A stretch of 64,000 nt of DNA from Blasia pusilla (Eukaryota). The notes under the pieces are model-generated. The model was not told the origin of the DNA. It worked only from the letters and a program-made list of their open reading frames with translations, and did not search any database. The DNA is taken from assembly GCA_050084515.1 (NCBI GenBank), contig CM114271.1:25544001-25608000 (forward strand). Direction: 5' to 3'. Every line of letters begins with the position of its first letter. Within the stretch, counting starts at the first letter, position 1. Made by a program: the position numbers and the translations under genes. This document shows positions 39,381-51,599 of this stretch, one piece after another.

Positions 39381-40380
39381 TGTCGGACGCATACACATCC
39401 CTACACAATCCACATTGTTGGTGACATCTAAAAACCACACAACATCGATCTTTCAAACACACGGGTTGATCCATTCATAAATGAAATATATTCACGCTTA
39501 TACATCAAGACCACACAACAAATTTTGAGGAAAAAAAACAATAAAATTAGCGTAAAAACATCTTATACGGCCTAAAACTCCACTCATGAATCTACATCGG
39601 CATGTCGAGTCACATCCACCTTCTGCTATGAGGGAATCAAGACGCTAACAGACTTGTTCCTACACACACATAGATGCAAGAGAGGTTCTTCAAAAGGCTC
39701 AACATGAGAAAGATGGTTTAAGAAAGCTATCTCTCCCTCTCTTATAGCCTAGGGAAGAGCTAAAAAACTCTTCCCTCAAAAAAGCCTCCAAACAGTAACC
39801 TATGTGCACACGTTACTGAGTGACCATTGACTCGATCAACACGTCACGTGATTGATAAAAACCAACATAGGGAGATTTTTAGAGAAAATTTTGGGATGCA
39901 ACGGGCCTCTTGCCAACCTCATCCGACATCTCAAGAGGGAGTTATATCCATACAACTCGTTGATCCTCTATGCTGTCAACGTTGTCAAACAATACCTTTT
40001 GGTGAACTAAGATGTGACAAGTATCGTGTGCATAGACATCGCCACACAATCCACATCACTATTCACATCTACATACCACACACACTGATCTTCCCAAATA
40101 CATGGGTCGATCCACTCATAAATGAAATATACATATGCATATACATCGAGAACACACAATTGCCCCTCTAGTTGGGAGTTGGATCCCCCTAACTATAGAT
40201 AGCAGGCATCACAACTACATGATATGATCTACTACTCTATACTCATCTAGCACCATTGGTGTTGTCATTCCCGCCACATCTCCCAACACTTGTTTGTCTG
40301 CGGGTCCATGTCATTTATCTCCACATAGAGATATCAATGTATTTGGATGTCATCGTGCAACACTACAACATTGGAGCTAC
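39381..40380 (-). mobile_element. 3' end of a second, diverged Gypsy-like family with the same PPT-B-A-B end structure
   Basis: 138-bp imperfect direct repeats 39381-39518 and 40022-40159; junction TGACA-AG-TATCG at 40015-40026; PPT-like TGCCCCTCTAG at 40161-40171; downstream sequence resembles 45201-45270. Confidence 0.7.
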
Positions 40381-40424
40381 CACTAGTACAAAAACCCCCT
40401 CTGGATGACTTAGAAAAATGACTA

Positions 40425-40852
40425 GATGTTACTCAAACTGGGCCTGTGTGACTAAGTAATTACTTAACCAGACTCTAGTCATAAAAATTACTCCTAGTCG
40501 TATAAGTTGTTACTAAAACTTAAGGTTGTCATATCTGAGTCTCTTTTTTGTTACTCAACATAGTCACTAAATATGACTTCACCTAGTCATTTTGTATGAC
40601 TAGGTTAAGTCATAAGAAATGACTATACGCGTCATAAAGAATGACTAGACGAGTAATAAATAATGACTGGAGGAGTCATAAGGATTGACTAGACGCTTCA
40701 TTAAGAATGATTAGACGAGTCATTAATAATGACTAGGCGAGTCATTAACTGTGACTACTCAAAGTAATAAATAATGACTTCATACGTCATAAGAGAATGA
40801 CTAAGTCATTAAAATGACTTGTCCATGTCATTTACAATCCTGAGTAAATGAG
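40425..40852. repeat. CACTA subterminal repeat region
   Basis: Dense direct and inverted copies of ATGACT/AGTCAT (e.g. AATGACTAGACGAGTAAT) next to the TIR. Confidence 0.85.
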
Positions 40853-41531
40853 TCTCCAAATAACTATACCAGGCATTATGTATTACATATTGCTTTATTG
40901 CTGGAAAAAATGTGTACATGAAATTGGCATTTTAGTCCATTTTGTATCCATGAATATGAATTACTCCTTCCTACCTATCCTCCCTACACCTTTCACTACT
41001 TCTCTTATATCCATGCAATGGAGATGCGATTATGTATCTGTTGTACAGTCCTAATGCTACCAGCATCGTGTGAAAGCATACAAGCACATTACTCATGTAC
41101 CAACCCATCCATTTTGTAGAATCTGATCATATCAGTTTTTCATAGTAAAAAAATCCTTATCTATTGAAAGATACAACTATCAAATGTTTTTTTATATCCA
41201 ATTGTGGCCATAAGTCCAAAGCTACAAAATGAATCCATACACCCTAAAATGGAATATTTTCTTACGTCAGAAGAATGCCTAGTGAGTTATAGTGAAAGAT
41301 GGTCATCAATGGAAAAACACAATATCTACTTCTCATTGCAAACTCCTCCCTCTGATATTCTCAAAATTGAGATATGAAAATCTCTATTGTCACACTCAAA
41401 ACTGAAACATAAACATCAAATTCCTCTACTTATGAGTACAATAGTTACAAGTATATGGAGGTCGCCACACTCAAGAGGGATGTCAAAGGGAAGGTTTACT
41501 CAAAAATTCTGCACACAAAGCGAAGGTGCCT

Positions 41532-43576
41532 CTATTTCTGAGAAGGCATAACAAGATGAGAGGGCCATAACACTATATTATCAATGGCATCTCCAGCATA
41601 AATCTGCGGTGGATCGTCAGCCATATTTGGAAATGGCAATACATATTTCTTCTTGCCGACCTCTCTCAAATGGAGAACAGAATGCCCATCTGGAATGTCA
41701 CGTCCATGGAAAGTAGAACAACCATCATGCAGGCTGCCATAACCTACAACCACAGAGGGGTTCTCACGTGATACCAACTGCTGCAACGGAGGCACAACAG
41801 ATTTCAACACCGGCTTGGTAGCCTCTCGGGTCCTCTTCCTGAGTATTGCTCTTTTCACCACCATTGGCTTTTGCATAAGATTCAACTGGTCCAACTCCAT
41901 GGGTCCACCACTCCCCAACATCCTTGCACTATCCTCATTCTCCTTTGAAAATACCGTGGCCTCCAAATTGCATCCCCGCGATGTCCTCACTTGGCGTTTG
42001 CCTACAACGGTCTGGGCCTCATCTGTGGTCTCTACAATCACAATCAACAAGAACTTCTCACTACCCTTTCAAATAGATCATGATTTTCAGCAACTTCAAA
42101 GTAAAATGCACAACATCACTCTAAACTCACATACCTGAACTCAAAGGGTCACCCGCAAACACATTAGCTTTAACCTCTCTTGTGGCTCCCTTTTTCTTTG
42201 GACCAGTTGGGGAATGCCAACATCTGTATCTAGTCCTCTTACTGTATGAACACCCTTGGCAACCTGTGGAAGAACTGGAGGCGAAGGTACAATAGTGACC
42301 AGGTCCGGAGAGGATGCACCCTCCCTTGAAGGTGGTCCGCTGATTGGGTGAGGAGAGGATACACTCAACGACATAGAGGTAAGTGCTCCACTAGGAGCAT
42401 GGTCTCGATCACTAACTCCATGAGGAGAGGATACAACTCTTGGATTTTCCGATCTCTCCTTAGAACCCCTTATGTCCTCGTGGTCCCTTCTCAAGCTCAT
42501 GGAAATCAATTCCATCAACTTTGTGAAGTTCTCTTGTTGATTAGCAACATCAGTCTTTTATGCTTGCCTCTAGTACGTCCATGCTGCTGGAGAATGCATC
42601 CATGCGATCAATTATGTAAGTCACAGACTTGGGAAATAACTCCTCCACAGACTTTAATCGGGCATAGATCTTTGTCAACTCAAATGTTCATGGCGGCTGA
42701 AATACAAGATATGGATCTCAGTCTATATCAACAGGTATGTACTAGAAATACACTAGATTCACCTCTACTCTAAAGCAACCAGATGTTCATACCTGCTTTG
42801 ATACTGTACTTGTACCATAACTCCTTTGGTTCTTTGCCTCTTCATGCACCTGCGCCTTAGTAGGGGTTTGCCCCTTCTCTTTTCTCCACAACATATGTAA
42901 CTTCGACCAAGTTCAGTCTACCAAACACCAATTGCCAAACTATATGCATGGTGGTAATAGAAATTAAAGATGGGTCCTTTAATATTATTCATACCAGGCA
43001 TTTTGCAATTGGTGCATTCCCTTTTCTTCCTGCAGGGTTTGGATTGGTCACCACTACTCGTGCTTTGGATATCTGCTCACTCTTTGTCTTTGCACTCTCG
43101 CTCATGAAGTGCGTAAGTAGTCTCCCCCATTGGTTGGGGTCTACATGAGGTGGTGGGGCCACTTTCTTGCCTCCTCCAGCTTCTTTCCATGTCTGACGCA
43201 ATCTAAATCTTTCCGTCTTGAGTATTCATTGTGCATATTCCTCCAAACATGGAATAGCCACTCCATTGCCATTGTTTCCAACATACTCCCATCTAGCAGA
43301 TATATCACTTAACACCGAATTCCAATCCCTTGAGTGTTGGTCTGAAAAATTCACAATGGAGATGTCAAGCCATCACAACACCTCAGCTCTAAAATCTGCA
43401 TGCCACCTATTATTTCCTTCTGAAGTTGTGGTGATCCAACCAGAGTTGTTCACACCCACTTTTCCGACTTTCACCCCCTCGCCTTGCACGCTGCTCTCAG
43501 TCACTGAGTTTGGTGTGTATGTTGTCCCTACGCTTGCTCGTCGCAAGCCTAAAGTCATATAGTTTGCTGCACACAT
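41532..43576 (-). pseudogene. TnpA-like (second ORF) CACTA protein, spliced and decayed
   Basis: PPPHVDPNQWGRLLTHFMSESAKTKSEQISKARVVVTNPNPAGRKG resembles En/Spm TnpA-type proteins; C-terminal LPFPN..IVLWP. Confidence 0.6.
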
Positions 43577-44621
43577 GAATATCTTCAGTCAAGACTGCTA
43601 CCCACTAAGGAAGTCTTTATGCCTTCAAACAGAAGCTATGCATCGATGTCAGGTCACTTACTAATTAGTGAAAACACGAGGAAGAAATTCTCCAAATAGG
43701 GATGATACTTCTGTATATATATGTGACTTGCTATTACCTATAGCCTTTGTCATTTGCACTCCTTGAGTGGGTCCTAGCCCCAACCATTGAGGTTGTCCAT
43801 ACACTTCTGGAGTGCTATTATTGAGTCCATAAAGGTATTGGCTACTTCCAAACCGATCTTGACTATTTGCCACGGCATGATAGGATCCCTCGATGTAGTT
43901 GGAGAATCCACCTTCCATAGAGTCTACACATGACATATATGTCAGTGTAGTACAGACACATTACACAACCTTCCCACCATCATCCTATGATGTATAATGA
44001 AAGAGAAATTTGAGATGGAAATCGATAGATTCGTACTATTCCACCCTTGCCCCGTTGGACAATATCCACCGTATAATGAACTTGGCTTAGAGTTCTCTGC
44101 ATAGGGTCCATCTCTACCGCCTTGAGACATGCTTGCCTGTCCCTCTCCACTATATTGTATATCCACTTGCTGTTTGAGAGGAATACGACTTTCAGGTACA
44201 CGCTCGGGTGCAACATCCCTTGCCCAAGTAGCTTGCCCCCCAACAGTCCGTTTCTGCCAATGCAATGCAACCCACCAATTAGAGACAATTTCTTTCAAAT
44301 GGCACTAACCTTGAAACACAATTGTATACACACATCTTGTCTAATTGATTAGAAAAATAACCTGCTTCTTCTTCCCCCCAATAGTTGATGGACAGGGCTC
44401 CTTAGGTGCCGGAAGCTCATCTCAGCCTGATTGATCCTCTTCACCAAAATGTACAACAAACTCTGGATCACAAGCGGGACATTCTTCACCTCCAATCTGA
44501 GCATCAATGTCATCAGTAGATTCTACCATCGCTCCCAATACCTTTCCAAGCAATTGAGAGCTCCTCCGCTTCGGTCCAAGATGGAGAGGCTCCCTCTTTG
44601 CAGGTCGTGGGGCATGTACTT

Positions 44622-45202
44622 TGTCGTGCGAATCCACATCGTCATACAACATACATCGCTGACATACCATACGCACATACATACATAACATAGACGAGAG
44701 TATCCACAAACGCAAGTGTACCACAACTGAAATCCGTGAAAGACCTTCTGTCATAAAACACGTTTATAATCACATACAATCAAGCCAAACCCACTCCACA
44801 ATGGAAGAATCTAGGTCGAAGCTTGGGAAACACCATAGCCAAGAGCTCACGCACTACCAAGGCTAACTCCCCAACGCAAGCAGGCTCAACTCAAAGAATC
44901 GATCGTTCTTTGAGGGCAAGCCACCTTATATCCTCCAACCTAAGAGCGGGCCCCTCTTGGGAAAGTCACCCCAAGTGAGTAACCCCAACCCTATGTATGG
45001 AACCGCATCTCTACCAAGCCACTACGGTCCTACATAAGGAATGGCCTCTACCAGCACACCATACTCTACAACATAATCCGTATGGTCATGACAGCTGTCG
45101 TGCGAATCCACATCGTCATACAACATACATGGCTGACATACCATACGCACATACATACATAACATAGACGAGAGTATCCACAAACGCAAGTGTACCACAA
45201 CT
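44622..45202 (-). repeat. Composite 3' terminal repeat B1-gc-A2-gt-B2 of copy C
   Basis: 107-bp block 44622-44728 repeated almost exactly at 45096-45202 on both sides of segment A; palindrome GACAGCTGTC at 45090-45099. Confidence 0.93.
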
Positions 45203-45211
45203 CGCCCCCTA
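45201..45211 (-). promoter_or_regulatory. Putative polypurine tract
   Basis: Minus strand reads TAGGGGGCGAG-T-TGTGGTAC, immediately before B1. Confidence 0.65.
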
Positions 45212-45362
45212 GCGGCGGTTAGGTCCTCTAACTCCCAGGTAGCCCTATACATCTACTACATGGTATACACCTTCTTGGGTGCCCGAATCAGAAGGCCGGG
45301 TGCTAGGTTGCCCCATCGTTAGTCGCACATCTGTAATCCATATCATGCAGAGATCAAGTCAT

Positions 45363-46612
45363 CTACCTCTCATAAGTACATCGAGGACAAACCCACCTTC
45401 CAGTAGGAACAACATCCAAACGTGGAGTCAAACACATCATATGCCAACCCTTAGAACACCGATCACACACCAACATACGGGTTGCGTTACCAGCAGACCC
45501 ACACAACATGCACCTCAAGCTAGCACGTATCATGGCTAAGCTTGGGTCAACAATACCATCCACATTTGGAAGATGACATGGCGCACAATTACGCACATGG
45601 TCCTTCCAAACAACTCCATCACGACCCTCCAACATGAGAACTCCAGAAGCTAACACCTCACGCACTCGTAAAATAGTGCGGCCTGCCGTCACATCCAACG
45701 TTGTCGGTGCAATCTGCTGCAAATAGACATAGTCCCCCCACATGGAACCTACGAATCGATGGTCGATAACCTCCACCCCGAATGGTTGCATACCGCAACG
45801 TATCCCTGTGTTGAGCAATGGCAAGATTCTCAAAGGTCATTGGCATAACTCTCCGAAAGAGCTCCGCCCTGAGAACACACCCTCATCCACATCTCTGGGT
45901 CATCAAGGTTCACCACCTCACTAGACTCGGCAATTCTGCTTGGCAAGTCTGGATCTCGGCCGTATAACAGAAAATAAGGTGAGAAGGAAGCCAAGGATGC
46001 TTGGAGATTGAACCTATACCCCATGGCTAACCATGGCAACTTAATATCCCAGTCTCCAAGATGCCCCTTCTGTAGGCCATACTTGCGCAATGCCCTTTTC
46101 ACCGTCTGAACCACACGCTCAGCCAAACCATCCGCCCTCTGGATGATCGAGCGTGGTCCGATGATCAATCAACGCCTTGTCACACAAGACCGAAACTCAC
46201 CCTGAAACTCAGTATCTGGTCGGTCAACACTTGGTGGTGCACCAAAATGACTAAGCACTCTATCCAGAAACGCATACGCCGTTCCCTCACTTGCCTTGTC
46301 CGGTAATGCCACCAACTCAATCCACTTGGAGAAGTGCTCCACCATCACCAACACATAACGATGATGTCGTACAATCAACGGTAACGGTCCCGCAAAGTCC
46401 ACACTCCAACGGTAACCCAACCCCATAATAGGCAAGGGGTGTAATTGTGGTGTAGGGGCATTAAATGATGCCCTCACCCGGTCACAAACCATACAACGTG
46501 ACACCAATTGCTGCACCTGAGTATGCATGCCACGCCACCAATACTGGCCAAGGAGTAAGCTATACGTACGCTTTACCCCAAAATGTCCCAACTCCTCATG
46601 GGCATGTCGCAC
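45363..46612 (-). pseudogene. Integrase with C-terminal PHD finger (copy C)
   Basis: HAHEELGH..CMVC, WSVDFAGP, GLAERVVQTVK, SPYFLLYGR, then CMLCGSAGNATRMLVCDRCSKGWHMMCLTPRLDVVPTGRWVCPRC (C4HC3). Confidence 0.92.
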
Positions 46613-46741
46613 TGTCGCTCTCTCTCAGCCAAATGTGGCACTACTCGTACTCTACCATCCTCCCACACGCGGAGAATATGTGTTCCCTCAATCGATACCT
46701 CTTAGCACGTTGAAGAACACGGTCTCGCTCCTTGGTACTCA

Positions 46742-49700
46742 CTATGCCGGCACCCCTCTTGGTCCGTAGGAACTCCAACACCAACGCATCATCATGAACA
46801 TCACGCTGATCCGTACCACCATCTCCAACCTTAGGATCTCAAGGTGGCCATCTACCCCTCGACTAGAGTAAGATATCATGTGGTCCTCCATACTAGAGTC
46901 CACCCTAACCAACATAAAAGGCGGATGCATGCCAACCTGGCACCATCTCCTCATCAACCTCACCATGCCATCTAGCCCGGTTGTATCCTCTTGGCTAGTA
47001 CATGGGTTCCTACTCAACCCATCAAGCATCAAGGTTGGCAACTCCAGGTCTATGTACCACCGGAAGTCATACTCTGTAAGATAAGAGCCCACCGTGCAAG
47101 CTTCCATGTAAGCTTGTCCGACTCCATCAACCACTTGAGCGGTGGTGATCGGTAACAAGGGTAAAGCGTGTGCCAAACAAGTAACACCTAAAGTGTGCCC
47201 ACCCACACTCTTGCCAAGCACTCTCCCTCATATGAACTATAGCGACTCCATTTGCATTATTCGAACGACTTGCATAGGCCACCACAAACTCCATGTGCTC
47301 ATCATCATGTTGTGTCAACACCGCTCCAAGTCCCAACCTACTCCAATCAGTGTGTGACTGAAGTGGGCGCCCTCTGATAGGTCTCCTCAAGATAGGCGCC
47401 GCCACCAAATGGGCCTTGAGCTGCACAAAAGTTCTCTCTTGATCATCTCCCCAGTGCCACTCTTGATCTGATTTCAACAATTGGTTCAAAGGTTTGCCAT
47501 AGCACTAAATCCCTTCACATACATCCGATAGTAGTTCACCAATCCCATGAATGCCCGAACTTTACTCACATCTACGGGACGAGGAATAAGTGCAATAGCG
47601 TCCACCTTTGCTTGCTGAACTCCCAAACCACATGGATAGATCACATGACCCAAGTACTCAACATCCTCATGGAAGAACTTACACTTTCCTCGATACAAAC
47701 GTAGACCATGAGCTTTCAACCTCTCAAACACAATCTGCAAATATATCTGATGCTCATCCACCGTGTTACTGAACACCAAGATATCATCAATGTAACACCA
47801 AACAAAATCCAAACCTGCTAGGATCTTGTCCATCACTCTCTGAAACTTGGCAGGTATATTCTTCAACCCAAAGGGTAAGAATTTCCACTGGTACAAACAA
47901 TCCTTGCCATGAGAGTTGACACCCCAAAATGTTGTCTTGGCCTTGTCACTCTCTCGAATTGGCAACTGATGGTATCTTGCCCGAAGATCCAAAGTACTAA
48001 AAATCTTTGTCTGTCCCAACACATCAAAGATCTCCTCAGGTGTAGGCATGGCATACCTATCGGCCTTGGTCTGCTGATTGATAGGACGGTAATCTCCACA
48101 CATCCGCCTATCCGTGTAGTTGCCATACATATCCTTTTTAGCAGGCATGACAATGGCTGATGCATACTCTCCATGCGACAACTCCACTAATCCAGCCTCC
48201 AAAAGATCCAACGTCCTACTCTGAATCAGGACCCTCTCCATATCACTATATCAGTAGGGACGACCAAAGATTGGCGTATCACTAGCCAAATCAATCCGTA
48301 TACCGGATCCAACCAGAGCACCCAACTCCTTCATGCTAAAGGCAAAACAACTCCAAGAAGCACGTAGGAACTGTGTCAAGTGTCGTTTCTCACCTCCCGT
48401 AAGCTTGGGCCCAAGTAGTGGCTCCCAAGTCTCCTCCATTGGCATACTAGAGGGAGAGGACGATGCCATTGGCTGCTACGCAACCCCCTCACAAGATGGT
48501 ACACCCTTAGCTAGTCCGAAGTCGACGCTGCTCGGCCATACCAAGACTCAAAATCCAAATCAAACAATTCAGGTCCATGGCCTGACCCAACACATGACGT
48601 AGTGAAGCCTCAGAAATGGAAGCAACCGCTGTCACACCAGTAGCAAATCCCATCGCACGCTCTCTTTCATCAGCGCTAGGCTCCATCAACTATCGCACAT
48701 GAGAATCCTATATAAGCCCGGGACCACCTTCCATGTATGCATGTGACGAGGGAAAACTCACAAATGTGGGTAGTATATAGCGCGACTCCGCAGCATTATT
48801 CGAACGACTTGCATAGGCCACCACAAACTCCATGTGCTCATCATCATGTTGTGTCAACACCGCTCCAAGTCCCAACCTACTCCAATCAGTGTGTAACTGA
48901 AATGGGCGCCCTCTGATAGGTCTCCTCAAGATAGGCGCCGCCACCAACTGGGCCTTGAGCTGCATAAAAGTTCTCTCTTGATCATCTCCCCAGTGCCACT
49001 CTTGATCTGATTTCAAAAATTGGTTCAAAGGCTTTGCCATAGCACTAAATCCCTTCACATACCTCCGATAGTAGTTCTCCAATCCCATGAATGCTCGAAC
49101 TCTACTCACATCTATCGGACGCGGAATAAGTGCAATAGCCTCCACCTTTGCTTGCTGAACTCCCAAACCACATGGATAGATCACATGACCCAAGTACTCA
49201 ACATCCTCATGGAAGAACTTACACTTTCCTGGATGCAAACGTAGACCATGAGCTTTCAACCGCTCAAACACCATCTGCAAATGTATCTGATGCTCCTCCA
49301 CCGTGTTACTGAACACCAAGATATCATCAAATTAACACCGAACAAAATCCAACCCTGCTAGGATCCTGTCCATCACTCTTTGAAACTCGGTAGGTGCATT
49401 CTTCAACCCAAAGGGTAAGAATTTCCACTGGTACAAACAATCCTTGCCATGAGAGTTGATACCCCAAAATGTTGTCTTGGCCTTGTCACTCTCCCGAATC
49501 GGCAATTGATGGTATCCTGCCCGAAGATCAAAGTCTTGAAAATCTTTTGCCTGTCCCACACATCAAAGATCTCTCGGTGTAGGCATGGCATACCTATCGG
49601 CCTTGGTTTGCCGATTGATAGGACGGTAATCTCCACACATCCGCCTATCCGTGTAGTTGCCATGCATATCCTTTTTAGCATGAGGCATGGCGATGGGCGA

Positions 49701-49985
49701 TGCATACTCTCCATGCGACAACTCCACTAATCCAGCCTCCAAAAGGTCCAACGTCCTACTCGAATCAAGTCCTCTCCATATCACTATATCGGTAGGGACG
49801 ACGGAAGATTGGCGTATCACTAGCCAAATCAATCCGTATACCGGGTCCAACCAGAGAACCCAACTCCTTCATGCTAAAGGCAAAACAACTCCTATAAGCA
49901 CGTAGGAACTGTGTCAAGCGTCGTTTCTCACCTCCCGTAAGCTTGGGCCCAAGTAATGGCTCCCAAGTCTCCTCCATTGGCACAC
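46742..49985 (-). pseudogene. RT-RNase H of copy C, present twice in tandem
   Basis: First RT/RNase H at about 49985-48775; second copy, starting with the DNMT C-terminus, from 48774 through RT ORF 47486-48241 and RNase H 47127-47489. Confidence 0.9.
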
Positions 49986-50239
49986 TAGAGGGAGAGGACG
50001 ATGCTATTGGCTGCTACGCAACCCCCTCACAAGATGGTACACCATTAGCTACACCATCATCGAGCAAATAACTCCTCCACAGCAAAGATGAGCAACCAAC
50101 TCCACATGCCCAGCCATTACATCCCATCTACTCCAAGGATGCAAAATACTACTCTCCTCGCCCCCAGCCGATGCCTCTACCGTCCCGGTAGACATCGAGC
50201 TCATTACAAGGGGTGGAAGACCCACAGACATAGTCCGAA

Positions 50240-51235
50240 GTCGACGTTGCTCGGCCATACCTAGACTCAAAATCCAAATCAAACAATTCAGGTCCATGGC
50301 CTGACCCAACACATGACGTCGTGAAGCCTCGTAAATAGAAGCAACATTTGTCAAACTCAGAGCAAATCCCATCGCACGCTCTCTCTCATCAGCGTTAGGC
50401 TCCACCAAGTGTCGCACATGAGAATCCCATACAAGCCCCGGACCACCTTCCCTATAGGCATGTGACGAGGGAAAACTCACAAATGTGGGTAGTGCCATCC
50501 TAGGCTGGCCCACACGGTTCACCACTGCCATGGGTGACCGATCAATAACCCTCACCACTTGGGAAAGTCGCCCATTATCCAAGATACTATCCACTGTAAG
50601 GCGAGGATCCCGCTGCACTGCATCATATGCTCGACGTAGAACCTCCCTAGGCAACAAGTTTTTCCACCACAAGCGTGGACGATGTGCACGCGAGCCAACT
50701 TGCGCTGCATCCAACAACACCGCTGGTCCAATCCAAGAGCGCACCTCATGAACACTCGCCATCATCCGGGTCCGAGTGTCACCCAACAATGGAACATTCT
50801 CCATAATGTAAGCTAGAGCACGTGCCTGATGAACCTGAAGATGTCGTAACATCCGTAACATCTCTTAAAACAATCGAGACCTAGGGTCATGTAATCCCTC
50901 ACCACGACCAGCACGTGTATGACCCTAACATGGCCATCCAGCAATCACCAAATCCACAGGACCAATTCTCTCAAGGTCATGCGCCCCCAACAATGCAATG
51001 TGTGATGGTAAAGCACGCTGGTACCCACGAATAGCTGATGGCGGCAAAAACTCAGGATATCTCCGCATCAACTAACCAATATGTCGGGATGAGACTCTGG
51101 GCCGTCTCAACTCGCTCCACATACACGTATCTCCGCACAGGAATACCGGCCTGCAACACTGCAGCCAAACCAGTGCTAATCCCACCAAAGAGATCTAACA
51201 CACAAATGCCCTCTGGCGGATACTACCATACAATG
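50240..51235 (-). pseudogene. DNMT3-like methyltransferase domain of copy C
   Basis: ICVLDLFGGISTGLAAVLQAG, VDLVIAGWPC*G, and ORF 50049-50861 with YIMENVP, AHRPRLWWKNL, ERERAMGF, SRRHVLGQAMD. Confidence 0.92.
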
Positions 51236-51599
51236 GGTGTAGTATCTAAAGGGGATAACCCAACTGGGCCAGAAGTAGGAGTCCGCCGTGGGGCCTCCTC
51301 TTCCTCGTGAGGTATAACCTCACACCAAGCCTCTGCACTAGGCGATCGCCTCTGCCATAGTGCACCGCTGAACTCCAAAGTGGCACATCCAACGATGAGG
51401 ATGCCCTTTGTTGCAAAAAAATAGGGAACTCCTCTTCCTCCTCATGCGCAGGAGAATCCATAGCGAAACATTGACCTCCAAAAGTCTCTGGCCAAGTGAC
51501 TACTCCACTAAAACCACCCACAGATGCTAACACTATTGGGGAAGACCCTCTTGGTCGAGCCCGTAAATAAATCTCACAGAACTTGGCTCATACGTCCAT

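Noticed and set aside
40361-40370. CACTACAACA as the CACTA terminus
   Set aside because: CACTAGTACAAAAA at 40381 fits known TIR style better and abuts the subterminal repeats; unresolved without the far end
40425-40852. Short interspersed repeats superficially like a CRISPR array
   Set aside because: Degenerate 6-12 bp motifs in both orientations beside a CACTA terminus; no constant repeat-spacer period and no cas genes
44622-45202. B-A-B explained as a chance nested insertion, or as a DIRS/Ngaro element
   Set aside because: A 107-bp duplication is not a TSD, and the same A-gt-B join recurs in solo D with its own TSD. The element encodes an HHCC-DDE integrase and I see no tyrosine recombinase.
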